A DNA stretch of 64,000 nt from a bacterium. Lineage in GTDB: Bacteria; Hinthialibacterota; Hinthialibacteria; Hinthialibacterales; Hinthialibacteraceae. The notes below the pieces were generated by a model. It had not been told where the DNA came from. It searched no databases and was given only the letters and a program-made list of their open reading frames with translations. A program made the translations under genes and the position numbers. Shown here piece after piece: positions 30,753 to 39,888 of the stretch. The stretch covers positions 1,408,001 through 1,472,000 of the forward strand of contig CAXXMV010000006.1 of assembly GCA_963662285.2 (NCBI GenBank), in the 5' to 3' direction. Numbering within the stretch: position 1 is the first letter of the stretch; the number at the start of each line of letters is the position of its first letter.

Positions 30753-31991
30753 CTATTCATGGTTAATCTCAACAAATGACATTGATGCGTAACGGTTATA
30801 CTTCTTCAGCGCCTCAACCAGGCGGTCATGTGGTAGAGCATAAACCGTATTGCCGCGTATGCCGGTCATGGTTTTGCCAGCTACCATAGCGTTGATAATC
30901 GATTCTTCCGTCGCTTCGACTGTGGCTTGGAAAAGCTGGGTCATGTGTTCATTGGATAATGCATTTAACGATAACATCTCGGTTGGCTTAAGTTTCTTGG
31001 AATTGCCCGTCGAAAATGCCAGAAAGATATCACCCGATGTGTCTGAACCGACGCCGCCCACTTTGGCGATGCCTAGAGCAGGCCGCAGCGCAAGCCGTTT
31101 TAGTTGATAGGGCAGCAGCGGAGCATCCGTGGCGACGATAACAATGATCGAACCTGATCCGGGTTCGTATGACGAATGAATCTCTGGCATTAGATCGGTA
31201 ATCTCCTGACCGACCGGAACTCCGGCAATGGTCAAACCGGGGCGGCTTCCGTGGTTAGCTTGAACCAATACGCCTACGGTATAACTGATGTCTCCAAATG
31301 TTACAATCCGCGAGGCAGTCCCGATTCCGCCTTTGAATTGATGACACACCATGCCCGTGCCTCCGCCGACATTGCCTTCTTCGACCAGGCCGGATGCGGC
31401 TTGATCGAGAGCGGCGAAAACGTGTTCTTCTTTGACATGGAAACCATGGATATCATTCAGCAGACCGTCATAAGTCTCTGCGACGACGGGAAGGCTGGCG
31501 CTGTAATCAGCAAAGAAAGTACTAATTAAATTATTTTGATATTGCCATTTAATAAGCGAGTCTCGAACCAGACCGACGCTGCTGGAGTTAGTGATAAGAA
31601 TAGGCGCGTCTATGGCGCCGCGTTCTTCCATTATTTGCGTCCCGGTCATCTCACCGGAAGCATTCAGTGAATTCCAAGCGGCGAATACCGGATCATAGGT
31701 TTTACCGCGCGGCAGAATCGCCGTGACGCCTGTGCGAACCGGCCCCTGACCAACCACCAGGTCGCCTTCGCCCTCAATGATCGTCGCATGGCCGACCTCA
31801 AGATACGGAACGTCAGTAATCGCATTGTAAGGTCCTGGCGTTCCTTCAAATGGAACGCCTAAATCCCTGGCGCGAGGCTGCGATTGGGCGTGGCTTAGGT
31901 TAATTGAACATACCATGAACAATGCAGTAAGGGTGAAGTTTAGCAATGACCATTGTCTGTTATACAAGGTTTTTCTCCTTGAAAAATTCAT
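30753..31991 (-). CDS. dmpA: P1/S58 family peptidase (DmpA-like L-aminopeptidase/D-esterase) with signal peptide
   Basis: PRARDLG, NAITDV..VGH, VRTGVTAILP, PVVAET.DG.LND, EGNVGGGTGM, KGGIG, G-SII autocleavage site, SGDIFLAFST. Confidence 0.88.
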   Translation of the reverse strand: MNFSRRKTLYNRQWSLLNFTLTALFMVCSINLSHAQSQPRARDLGVPFEGTPGPYNAITDVPYLEVGHATIIEGEGDLVVGQGPVRTGVTAILPRGKTYDPVFAAWNSLNASGEMTGTQIMEERGAIDAPILITNSSSVGLVRDSLIKWQYQNNLISTFFADYSASLPVVAETYDGLLNDIHGFHVKEEHVFAALDQAASGLVEEGNVGGGTGMVCHQFKGGIGTASRIVTFGDISYTVGVLVQANHGSRPGLTIAGVPVGQEITDLMPEIHSSYEPGSGSIIVIVATDAPLLPYQLKRLALRPALGIAKVGGVGSDTSGDIFLAFSTGNSKKLKPTEMLSLNALSNEHMTQLFQATVEATEESIINAMVAGKTMTGIRGNTVYALPHDRLVEALKKYNRYASMSFVEINHE

Positions 31992-32074
31992 AGGAAATCC
32001 GATGGGATACGCTGCTATGGTGATTTAAATGATAAAGTTTTTTCGCTTTGTCCCATCCTACTTTTTTCTTCGTA

Positions 32075-33647
32075 TTATTTAAGATTTATTTTTATAATGC
32101 GAGTTTTGTTTGGTTCGAGATTGATGGCAAGTCCATTATGCAGTTGGGCGCCGGTGAATGTTTTGGCGCCGTCATCCATGGTTACGTTATAACTTTCTTC
32201 CGGTTCTACCGTAAACCATTCGGGGATGGTGTTCATGCGCGGCCAGTCTTTCTGGAATCCCATGTAGAGTCGATAGCGTGGTATATCGAATTCCAGATGT
32301 CCTTGGTAGTTTTCTTTAGCTCGCAATGAAATAACGATGCCATTGTCTATAGGTGCGGCGCCGAGTTCCAGCCCTTGCTGCCAGGGACGCGCCAGGACGC
32401 CTTGAGTATGCATCAGCGCTTGCATGATGGTGGTGCGGACGCCGTTAGCTTGCAATTTCATGGTTCCCCAGAGCTCGCCGTTCTCCAGGCGCGAGGGATG
32501 ATCAACTATGTTGTTTTTGGTTTCGCGGTCGACCCATTCAAATCCTTCTTTGACGGGAAGACGGTTGAGCATGTAAATGGCGCCTTCAATAGAATCCGCA
32601 TACCCGTCAATGGATTCACCTTCCCAGGGATAGTCTTTGTATTTGGGATTCATCATGCTGGCTAGAGTCGCCTTCATGTGTGATGTGTATGTGTTCGTCC
32701 CCATCGCCATGTCGTAGCAAAGATACCCCACATAGTTGTATCCCCATCCATCGCTCATTCTGCCATTCCGATCGTCCCTTTTCGTGAGATGGTTATACAT
32801 CATGCCCACGTCAAGGATGCCTTTTTCGAGAATCGTGTCATACATTTTTTTCAGGCGGTCGCCATATTCAACCGCTTTTTGCGGGCGGTGTGTGGTGAGC
32901 ACAGCTTGCAATAAACCGAGACCGCCTATTATTTCACAGCCGTGGTCGCGCAGGACGCGTCGGGACATAGTTGTCGTCGGCAAAATAATAGTCGGCCAGT
33001 CGTATTGCCCAGGTAAGATATTTTTCATCTCCAGTCATGGTGTATAACCGCGCCAGCGCTTGCAGCTGCTCGCCATTCACTTCGACATCGTTGGAGGGGA
33101 TCATACCGAAAGGCGTCTCAATATCCGCGAATTTCCAGAGGTCGTCTTCAATGGCGCGCATGCGGTCAAACCATTCATCGCGGCCAGTCACTTCGACAAT
33201 AGCTATAAGGCAGTCTTTGACGTATTCCGATGCCTGAAATACTAACTCTTCGTTTTTTACTTTGATAGTCTCTTGTTTTTTGTAATCATACGGCGCCGGG
33301 ATGCGGCCTTTCACATTGCATAAAGAACGTTCAGCATGCAGTATGCTGCGTACCGGGCCGTTTAATGCTTCTATATCAGTGGCCCATGCCGCCCATGTCA
33401 GGAAGGGATAACAATCGGCCGCTGTATCCCGGTAATTCCAATAACCATCGGCAATGTACAAACCTGTTTTTTCGTCAATTTTCGGCAATGCGATTTCATG
33501 CAGCCAACGATGGACCTTGCTTAACGAATGGCCGGCGATTTTGGCTGACCGTGAGGCTCGCGCAATGGCGTCAGCATCTTTCTCTTGCGCCAAAGATATC
33601 TGAACCATCATGCCAGTGATTAATGTAAGTAGAATAAGACGTTTCAT
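32075..33647 (-). pseudogene. Secreted hypothetical protein (alpha/alpha-barrel-like) split by a +1 frameshift (or a sequencing error)
   Basis: ORFs 32934-33647 and 32075-33028 overlap. Removing one base at 32953-32954 joins ...YYFADDNYVPTR to LRDHGCEIIGGL..., giving about 523 aa. Confidence 0.7.
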
Positions 33648-33788
33648 AATATTATTTCCATTATCTGTTTAAAATTGGAATTAGAGAGATGATTCCGTGA
33701 AATTCTCAATTAGAATTATGCGGTTTAAATTCTAAAGAGTCAACATGATATGCATATTTCGTTATAATTGGCGGCGGGCGTCAAAAGA

Positions 33789-33905
33789 GGGTGCCAAGGG
33801 CAGTGTATTTTCTGCCCTTGATGCGATCACCCACGGATCTAAGTATCCCTCTCCCAAGATTGGGAGAGGCCAGGTGAGGGTTGATAACAACCACCCAATC
33901 ATAAA
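33789..33905 (+). repeat. Composite B+C repeat unit (about 120-130 bp)
   Basis: Family B hairpin, then TGCGATCACC..., then TATCCCTCTCCCAAGATTGGGAGAGGCCAGGTGAGGGTTGATAACAACCACCC. Direct copies at 34489-34620 and (MITE-split) 30232-30728. Confidence 0.85.
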
Positions 33906-33993
33906 AAAACTAAACAAATGTACATGATTGGCACGCTTCTTGCCATATAACGTATCGAAGCATCAAATAAATCCAATATTCAGGAGAAGCCAA

Positions 33994-34344
33994 ATGTCTA
34001 TCACGCCCCAAGCCATATCCAAATTCGATGAAAATATCATGGACGCCATGTACCACTGCATCATGAAGATTTCAGAAAACTTAAAAAAAAGATACGACCC
34101 GGATTCCCCCGAATCAAACGCCCTCTTCCGTCTCTTCTGTTCTGCATCCAGAACCATGATACAAATGACCAATAAATATCTTAAGGCGCAAGATAAGATA
34201 AATCAAAATACCCAAAATCCGCTAAACAACAAACAATCAAACTTAAACAATATCCCGGTTGATAACTCAAATTCATCCTTAAAACAGCAAGATAACGACA
34301 AAAATCATGGAGGATCATTCTGGAGAAAAAAGAAAACCGCATAA
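33994..34344 (+). CDS. Small hypothetical protein with N/Q-rich low-complexity tail
   Basis: AGGAG RBS before ATG 33994; 116 aa; no recognised motif. Confidence 0.5.
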   Translation: MSITPQAISKFDENIMDAMYHCIMKISENLKKRYDPDSPESNALFRLFCSASRTMIQMTNKYLKAQDKINQNTQNPLNNKQSNLNNIPVDNSNSSLKQQDNDKNHGGSFWRKKKTA

Positions 34345-34488
34345 CCAAAACGGTTTCAAAGAAAAATAAAAACCAATTTCCCGCCGTTCCTCGACGGGCG
34401 CGGGATAGTACTGCGCGTTATCTTGCACTGACCAATATAAATGGCCGCCAATAATGGGTGGAAAGGCGATATTGTCATTAAGTTAAGC

Positions 34489-34620
34489 GGGCGCCAAGGG
34501 CAAGACCGCAAAGCGGTCAGCCCTTGATGCGATAACCTACGTTTCCCAGTATTCCTCTCCCAAGATTGGGAGAGGCCAGGAGAGGGTTGATAACAACCAC
34601 CCGAATGAAAAAATCCACCA
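34489..34620 (+). repeat. Composite B+C repeat unit upstream of the Roco gene
   Basis: Direct copy of 33789-33905 carrying the long-loop family B variant. Confidence 0.85.
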
Positions 34621-34708
34621 CAAAAAGTGAGCAAAGAGCCTAATCCTCTATTGCTGACAAATCCAGTATGTTACAATCAACCTAATCCTATACATCAGGT
34701 TAAATATT

Positions 34709-37279
34709 ATGACGCCCGAAGAAAAAGCGCTTAAGAAAATCAAAGCAGCCAAACGAACCGGCGCCGATTATCTCGATCTTTCAAATATGGGTTTAACCTC
34801 GCTGCCGCCGGAGGTGTGTGGACTCACCAACCTGTCTAGACTAGATTTGGATAATAACCAACTAAGCGTGCTGCCGCCGGAGGTGTGTGGACTCACCAAC
34901 CTGACGACACTCTGGCTGAATAATAACCAACTAAGCGTGCTGCCGCCGAAGGTGTGTGGACTCACCAACCTGACGAAACTCTGGCTGAATAATAACCAAC
35001 TAAGCGTGCTGCCGCCGGAGGTGTGTGGACTCACAAACCTGACGGAACTGTATCTAAGTTATAACCAACTAACCTCGCTGCCGCCGGAGGTGTGTGGACT
35101 CACCAACCTGTCTAGTCTAGATTTGGATAATAACCAACTAAGCGTGCTGCCGCCGGAGGTGTGTGGACTCTCCAATCTGACGAGACTGTATCTAAGTGAT
35201 AACCAACTAAGCGTGCTGCCGCCGGAGGTAGGTCAACTCGCCAATCTCACTTCACTCGATCTACGTAGCAACCAACTAATCGTGCTGCCGCCGGAGGTAG
35301 TTCAACTCACAAAATTAGAATATCTCTTTCTTGTTGGAAATAAATTACCCATACCACCTGAGATTCTCAATTATTCTCATAATCCATCAAAAATCCTAAA
35401 TTACTATTTTGAGCATATTAAAACCGAAGCGCCTAAACGGGCGCTTAATGAAGCCAAGGTGCTGTTCGTTGGCCAGGGAGATGTGGGTAAAACATCGTTG
35501 ATCAAGATGCTGCTGACAGGTAAATACGATAAGAACGAGAACAAGACGGAAGGGATCGACATTCATAAGTGGGATGTGAAGATAAAAGGCGATAAGGTGC
35601 GTCTTAACCTCTGGGATTTCGGCGGGCAGGAGATTATGCATTCCACCCATAAATTTTTCCTCACCAAACGCAGCGTATATGTTCTGGTGCTCGATTCGCG
35701 CAGGGACGATCGCGCTAACCGTTTATCCTATTGGCTGAGGCTGATCGAAAGTTTTGCCAGCGATTCTCCGGTAATCGTAGTTTGCAACCAGTGCGATGAG
35801 GATCAACTCAACCTCGATTGGCGCAACCTGCATGCTAAATTCCCGAATATCCGCCATTTCGTCAAACGCGCATCCTGCGAGACGCCCGAGGGGATAGATG
35901 ATCTAAAAGAGGCCATTCGTGAACAGGCTGCTAAACTTGATCACCTCAAAGATGTCCTGTTAGAAAGCGAGTTTGCTGTTAAAGATGAACTTGAAAATAT
36001 GGAGGAACCTTTCGTCTCGTATGACGACTATCTGGAAATGTGTAAGCGACATGGTTTGACCAATGAACAGAGCCAAAACACCCTGCTTGAGTTTCTGCAC
36101 GACCTGGGAATTGTGTTGCATTACAGCGATGCGCCTCACCTGGAATTTACCAATGTCCTGAAACCTGAATGGGTGACTGAGGGAGTTTATAAAATCCTCA
36201 ATGCAAATGAATTTAAAAACACCAATGGCGTGGTGGAAACGGATAAACTATCCCTCGTTCTTGACCATAAAGCCTATCCCAAAGATAAGCGCATGTTCGT
36301 ATTAGAGATGATGGTGAAATTCGAATTGTGTCATGAGTTTGAAGGTTCGCGTCACTCAAAATTCCTTGTACCGGATTTACTGCATACCGAAGCACTTGAT
36401 ACCGGCGACTGGTCGGATGCGCTGGCTTTCCAATACCACTACGAGGTGCTCCCTCAAAGCATCATGACCCGCTTTATCGTACGCATGTTTCCGTATATGT
36501 CTGATAGCGTCTGCTGGTTGAAAGGGGTCATGCTTGAATCGGAAGACGGCAGGAATCAGGCGTTGATTAAATCAGATTTAGACGATGCCAAAATCTTCAT
36601 TAAAGTGCGGGGCCAAGAGGGAACCCGCCGCGACCTGCTGCAAATCATCCGCGCCGAATTCAGGTTGATACATGAGACATTTTCCAAACTAAGGCCAAAG
36701 GAAATGGTTCCAATCCCTGATACAGAAGCAGTGTATCCATACAAAAGTTTATTGAAATTGAAAGAAAATGTGATTGATAAATACTATCTTCCGGAAGCTG
36801 ATTGTATTATCTATCCTAATCAATTATTGGATATAGTCGAAACGCCAAAATGGCGTGAAGATCATAAAAAAATGAATTCATCTGAATCAGATGGATCAAT
36901 TAATTTAAAAATTGATATTAATCAGGGAGATAAGAGAATGGAAAAATACAAGATTAATAATGAAGGCGGCGCGGTTAATATTAAGGGAACACAGAACGTT
37001 GGTTCTATCAATTTCGTTAAATCGGTTGAACAATCCACTTTAAGCGACGACCTGAAAAATGCCTTTACCGCCGCTTATCAGAAACTAAAGGAAGGCGGTC
37101 TACCGGAAGCATACCAAAAACCTGTTGAAGACGACCTAAATACAATCAAGACGGAGATGGAAAAAGAAACTCCTGATCAAGGGGTGGTCAAAACAATATG
37201 GAATAGAATCCAACAGGTAGCTCCATCCGTAGCAACAGCGCTTGGTATGGCGGCGGCGTTAAAATCATTGTTGGTCTAA
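34709..37279 (+). CDS. Roco protein: leucine-rich repeats, Roc GTPase, COR and a C-terminal helical module
   Basis: 23-aa LRRs (LxxLxLxxNQLSVLPPEV); P-loop GQGDVGKT; TEGI; WDFGGQEIMHSTHKFFL; G4 NQCD; COR motifs FLHDLG and KPEWVTEGVYKI. Confidence 0.93.
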   Translation: MTPEEKALKKIKAAKRTGADYLDLSNMGLTSLPPEVCGLTNLSRLDLDNNQLSVLPPEVCGLTNLTTLWLNNNQLSVLPPKVCGLTNLTKLWLNNNQLSVLPPEVCGLTNLTELYLSYNQLTSLPPEVCGLTNLSSLDLDNNQLSVLPPEVCGLSNLTRLYLSDNQLSVLPPEVGQLANLTSLDLRSNQLIVLPPEVVQLTKLEYLFLVGNKLPIPPEILNYSHNPSKILNYYFEHIKTEAPKRALNEAKVLFVGQGDVGKTSLIKMLLTGKYDKNENKTEGIDIHKWDVKIKGDKVRLNLWDFGGQEIMHSTHKFFLTKRSVYVLVLDSRRDDRANRLSYWLRLIESFASDSPVIVVCNQCDEDQLNLDWRNLHAKFPNIRHFVKRASCETPEGIDDLKEAIREQAAKLDHLKDVLLESEFAVKDELENMEEPFVSYDDYLEMCKRHGLTNEQSQNTLLEFLHDLGIVLHYSDAPHLEFTNVLKPEWVTEGVYKILNANEFKNTNGVVETDKLSLVLDHKAYPKDKRMFVLEMMVKFELCHEFEGSRHSKFLVPDLLHTEALDTGDWSDALAFQYHYEVLPQSIMTRFIVRMFPYMSDSVCWLKGVMLESEDGRNQALIKSDLDDAKIFIKVRGQEGTRRDLLQIIRAEFRLIHETFSKLRPKEMVPIPDTEAVYPYKSLLKLKENVIDKYYLPEADCIIYPNQLLDIVETPKWREDHKKMNSSESDGSINLKIDINQGDKRMEKYKINNEGGAVNIKGTQNVGSINFVKSVEQSTLSDDLKNAFTAAYQKLKEGGLPEAYQKPVEDDLNTIKTEMEKETPDQGVVKTIWNRIQQVAPSVATALGMAAALKSLLV
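34801..35300 (+). repeat. Tandem 69-bp coding repeats (LRR units; seven full and one partial)
   Basis: Units begin GCTGCCGCCG(G/A)AGGT at 34801, 34870, 34939, 35008, 35077, 35146, 35215 and about 35284. Confidence 0.95.
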
Positions 37280-37290
37280 AATGCAACGAA

Positions 37291-37382
37291 GTAGGGTGGG
37301 CTAAAAGCGACAGCGTAGCCCACCATGATACGTAGGTGGCTCCGGTGGGCTACGCCGCTTTGCGGCTTTTAGCCCACCCTAC
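37291..37382. repeat. Inverted GTAG-REP doublet (REPIN-like)
   Basis: GTAGGGTGGGCTAAAAGCG...TAGCCCACC (37291-37324) and an inverted copy (37344-37382) between convergent genes. Confidence 0.85.
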
Positions 37383-37414
37383 GGGATTTTTTTTAATCCA
37401 CAACAGGATGTCTT

Positions 37415-38449
37415 TTATCCCAACAGCTCTTGCAGCATTTTCTTGCCATAGCGCAGCGTTTTTTGCATGTCGGGGACGCCGTCTTGCTCGAAGGTCAGGT
37501 AGCCGGTGTATTCTATGTCGCGCAGAGTTTTGACTACTGCTTTGAAATCCATTACTCCTTCGCCGATCCCTACGAAGACAAGACCTTCGCTGTCGATATC
37601 GCGGATGTGGGCGTTCATCAGATGATCCTTAACCTTGAGAATGGCCATCGGTGGATATTCGCGCTGCAACTGAATCCAACCGATATCCAGATTCATGCCT
37701 AAGCGTGGGTCTTTGATGTGATCCCACAGCCGCAGGAAAGCGGTTGAATCGTGTACTAAGGTGTGGGTGTGGTTTTCGATGGTGAAGCGCAGGCCGTGGT
37801 GGGCGGCGCGTTCGACGCAGCCCTTCATGGTATGCACGAAGGTATCCCACACTTGGTCGTAATCGAATCCCTCTGCGATATCTATGTGGAACTTCTTACC
37901 GGCGCCTGATTCAGCGAAATAGCGCGGCAAGTAGGCGTGCGGTCCGGTCATCTCGCGGGGCCAGGGCGACACGATGTTGATGAAAGGCGCATTCAGGGTG
38001 CGCCCGATTTTGCAGCCCTCCTCGAACACATCCAGGCTGCGGTTGCGGTCGTCGGAGTTGAGACTGGAGAGGTTTTCCACGGCGGATTGAAAGAGCACAA
38101 ACTGCGAAACGGCCAGGTTGTGCGAATCAAGTTTCTTCTTCATGTTGGGGATGGTGGAAGGCTGGAGCCAATAGTCTTTGAGATCGACTGCTTCTCCGAT
38201 GATCAACTCGATGGCGTCGAATCCCAGCCCGGCGGTCTGGTCTATCGCCTTATCAAAGGGATAGCCTTTGATGATGCCGCCGTAGTTCCAACACACGTTG
38301 CCCAGTTTGATCTGACCGGGCTTAAAACCGGGGGGGATGAATCTCTTAGGCTTTGCGGCGGCGCCCAATGCGGGAACGGCGCTGACAGCGGATGCCAGGG
38401 CGGCGCTTTGGAGGAATTGTCTACGGTTGGCAGTGGAAGTCGATTTCAT
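37415..38449 (-). CDS. Sugar phosphate isomerase/epimerase (AP-endonuclease-2 TIM barrel), Tat-exported
   Basis: NRRQFL; GFDAIEL; IENH; NLDIGW; HIRD; G.G.MDF; YLTFEQ metal ligands. Confidence 0.85.
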   Translation of the reverse strand: MKSTSTANRRQFLQSAALASAVSAVPALGAAAKPKRFIPPGFKPGQIKLGNVCWNYGGIIKGYPFDKAIDQTAGLGFDAIELIIGEAVDLKDYWLQPSTIPNMKKKLDSHNLAVSQFVLFQSAVENLSSLNSDDRNRSLDVFEEGCKIGRTLNAPFINIVSPWPREMTGPHAYLPRYFAESGAGKKFHIDIAEGFDYDQVWDTFVHTMKGCVERAAHHGLRFTIENHTHTLVHDSTAFLRLWDHIKDPRLGMNLDIGWIQLQREYPPMAILKVKDHLMNAHIRDIDSEGLVFVGIGEGVMDFKAVVKTLRDIEYTGYLTFEQDGVPDMQKTLRYGKKMLQELLG

Positions 38450-38664
38450 GATTTCTACTCCTTGAAGTGTATCCTTTTGTATGCAGAATTACTAAACACT
38501 ACATAAAATACTCGATATTGAAAATCAAAAAGGGCATACAATTTGTTATAATAAGTGGCTTAATCAAGGGCTGACCGCAATGCGGTCTTGCCCTTGGCAC
38601 CCATCTAATGTCGTGTGGGTTTTGTTGTTTTAATATATAACCTAATGTATACATCATACAGTAA

Positions 38665-39669
38665 TTATGCAACGCCAATCCCAGAGCCATCAGGCATAAC
38701 GATCACGCCCCGGTCGAGCCGCATTCCCTGGAACGGGTCGTTGCTAAGCAGGGCGGCGCCGTCCAGATCAATGTAATCAACCAGCGGCGCCAGATGCGCG
38801 GCGGCGGTTACGCCCAGGGAACTTTCTATCATACAGCCCAGCATGATGCGCAGGTTGTTGGTTCTGGCTATGTCGATCATCTGACGGGCGCGGCGCAGCC
38901 CGCCGCATTTAGCCAGCTTGATGTTGATGCCGTCAGCTAAGCCGATCCACTTGGTTATATCCTCGGGGCCGTGGACGCTTTCATCCACGATAATGGGGAT
39001 TCCGGTATGGTTGGCTTGCATGATGCGGCGGTAGCCGTCGTGATCGGCGCCGGGCAGGGGCTGTTCGATCAAGCGCACATTGCATTGCTGCATGATGGGA
39101 AGGTATTCCAGAGTCTGTTCGGCGCTCCATCCCTCGTTGGCGTCGATGTAGAGCGGCTTGCCGGTTTTCCCGGCGATGGATTGCAGCGTTTCGAGGTCTT
39201 GGCGCCCGCCCACTTTGATCTTGAGAATGGGATAAGGCGCCGCGCGTTCGACTTTCTGCATAACCACATCCAACTGATCCATGCCGATAGTGAATGAAGA
39301 GATCAAACCGCTGAGTTGGGGGATATGCCACATTTGATCCAGAGACGCGTCTTGCTTCTTACCCAGTGCGTCATGCATAGCCAGATCGATGGCCTGCCAG
39401 AGTCCAGTCTCGCCGGGGAATTGCTGGATCAGTTCATCGAGTATGGCATCCACCGGACGCTCTAAGTCGGGTTGTTGAACCACCCACTCGTGCGCCAGTT
39501 GAGCCATGCGCTCAACCGTCTGCCCGCGGTAGTAGATGGGCGCCCCTTCTCCCAGACCATCGCCGATGCGGATGAACAGGTTGCTCACCGTGCGCCGCAT
39601 GCCGCGCGCGATGCCGAATGGATCGCGCAGCTGAAGTTCACGGATGTCTATTTCGATAGGTGGATTCAT
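38665..39669 (-). CDS. Dipeptide (L-Ala-D/L-Glu) epimerase, enolase superfamily
   Basis: KIK, DANEGW, IEQP, VDES, NIKLAKCGG, GCMIES and DLD motifs. Confidence 0.9.
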   Translation of the reverse strand: MNPPIEIDIRELQLRDPFGIARGMRRTVSNLFIRIGDGLGEGAPIYYRGQTVERMAQLAHEWVVQQPDLERPVDAILDELIQQFPGETGLWQAIDLAMHDALGKKQDASLDQMWHIPQLSGLISSFTIGMDQLDVVMQKVERAAPYPILKIKVGGRQDLETLQSIAGKTGKPLYIDANEGWSAEQTLEYLPIMQQCNVRLIEQPLPGADHDGYRRIMQANHTGIPIIVDESVHGPEDITKWIGLADGINIKLAKCGGLRRARQMIDIARTNNLRIMLGCMIESSLGVTAAAHLAPLVDYIDLDGAALLSNDPFQGMRLDRGVIVMPDGSGIGVA

Positions 39670-39692
39670 AAGGTATTACTCATGATATTAAA

Positions 39693-39853
39693 ACGGAGCG
39701 TAGATTGTTCTACGCTCCGTTGATTTGCATGTTGTTGGTGGAGTGGTTTTGAGTGGGTGATTCGTGGTGGGCTACGCTACGCTTTTAGCCCACCCTACTT
39801 GCTATTGCATGAGTGGTTTTGATGGGACACGTTTGCGCTTTGTCCCATCCTAC
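39693..39853 (-). repeat. GTAG-type REP cluster (reverse orientation)
   Basis: CGGAGCGTAG...CTACGCTCCG hairpin (39693-39719), GGTGGGCTACGCTACGCTTTTAGCCCACCCTAC (39766-39798), GATGGGACAC...TGTCCCATCCTAC (39821-39853; half-copy at 32044-32061). Confidence 0.8.
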
Positions 39854-39888
39854 CTTTTTACTACATACCACACACTATCCACTGCACA

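Noticed and set aside
34801-35300. Regularly spaced near-identical repeats resembling a CRISPR array
   Set aside because: The period is exactly 69 bp (23 codons), in frame within the Roco ORF. The 'spacers' are similar to each other and encode LRR strands, and no cas genes are present.
30232-39853. Integron-like cassette array (genes separated by palindromes)
   Set aside because: The repeats lack attC RYYYAAC/GTTRRRY ends, the genes lie on both strands, and no integrase is present.
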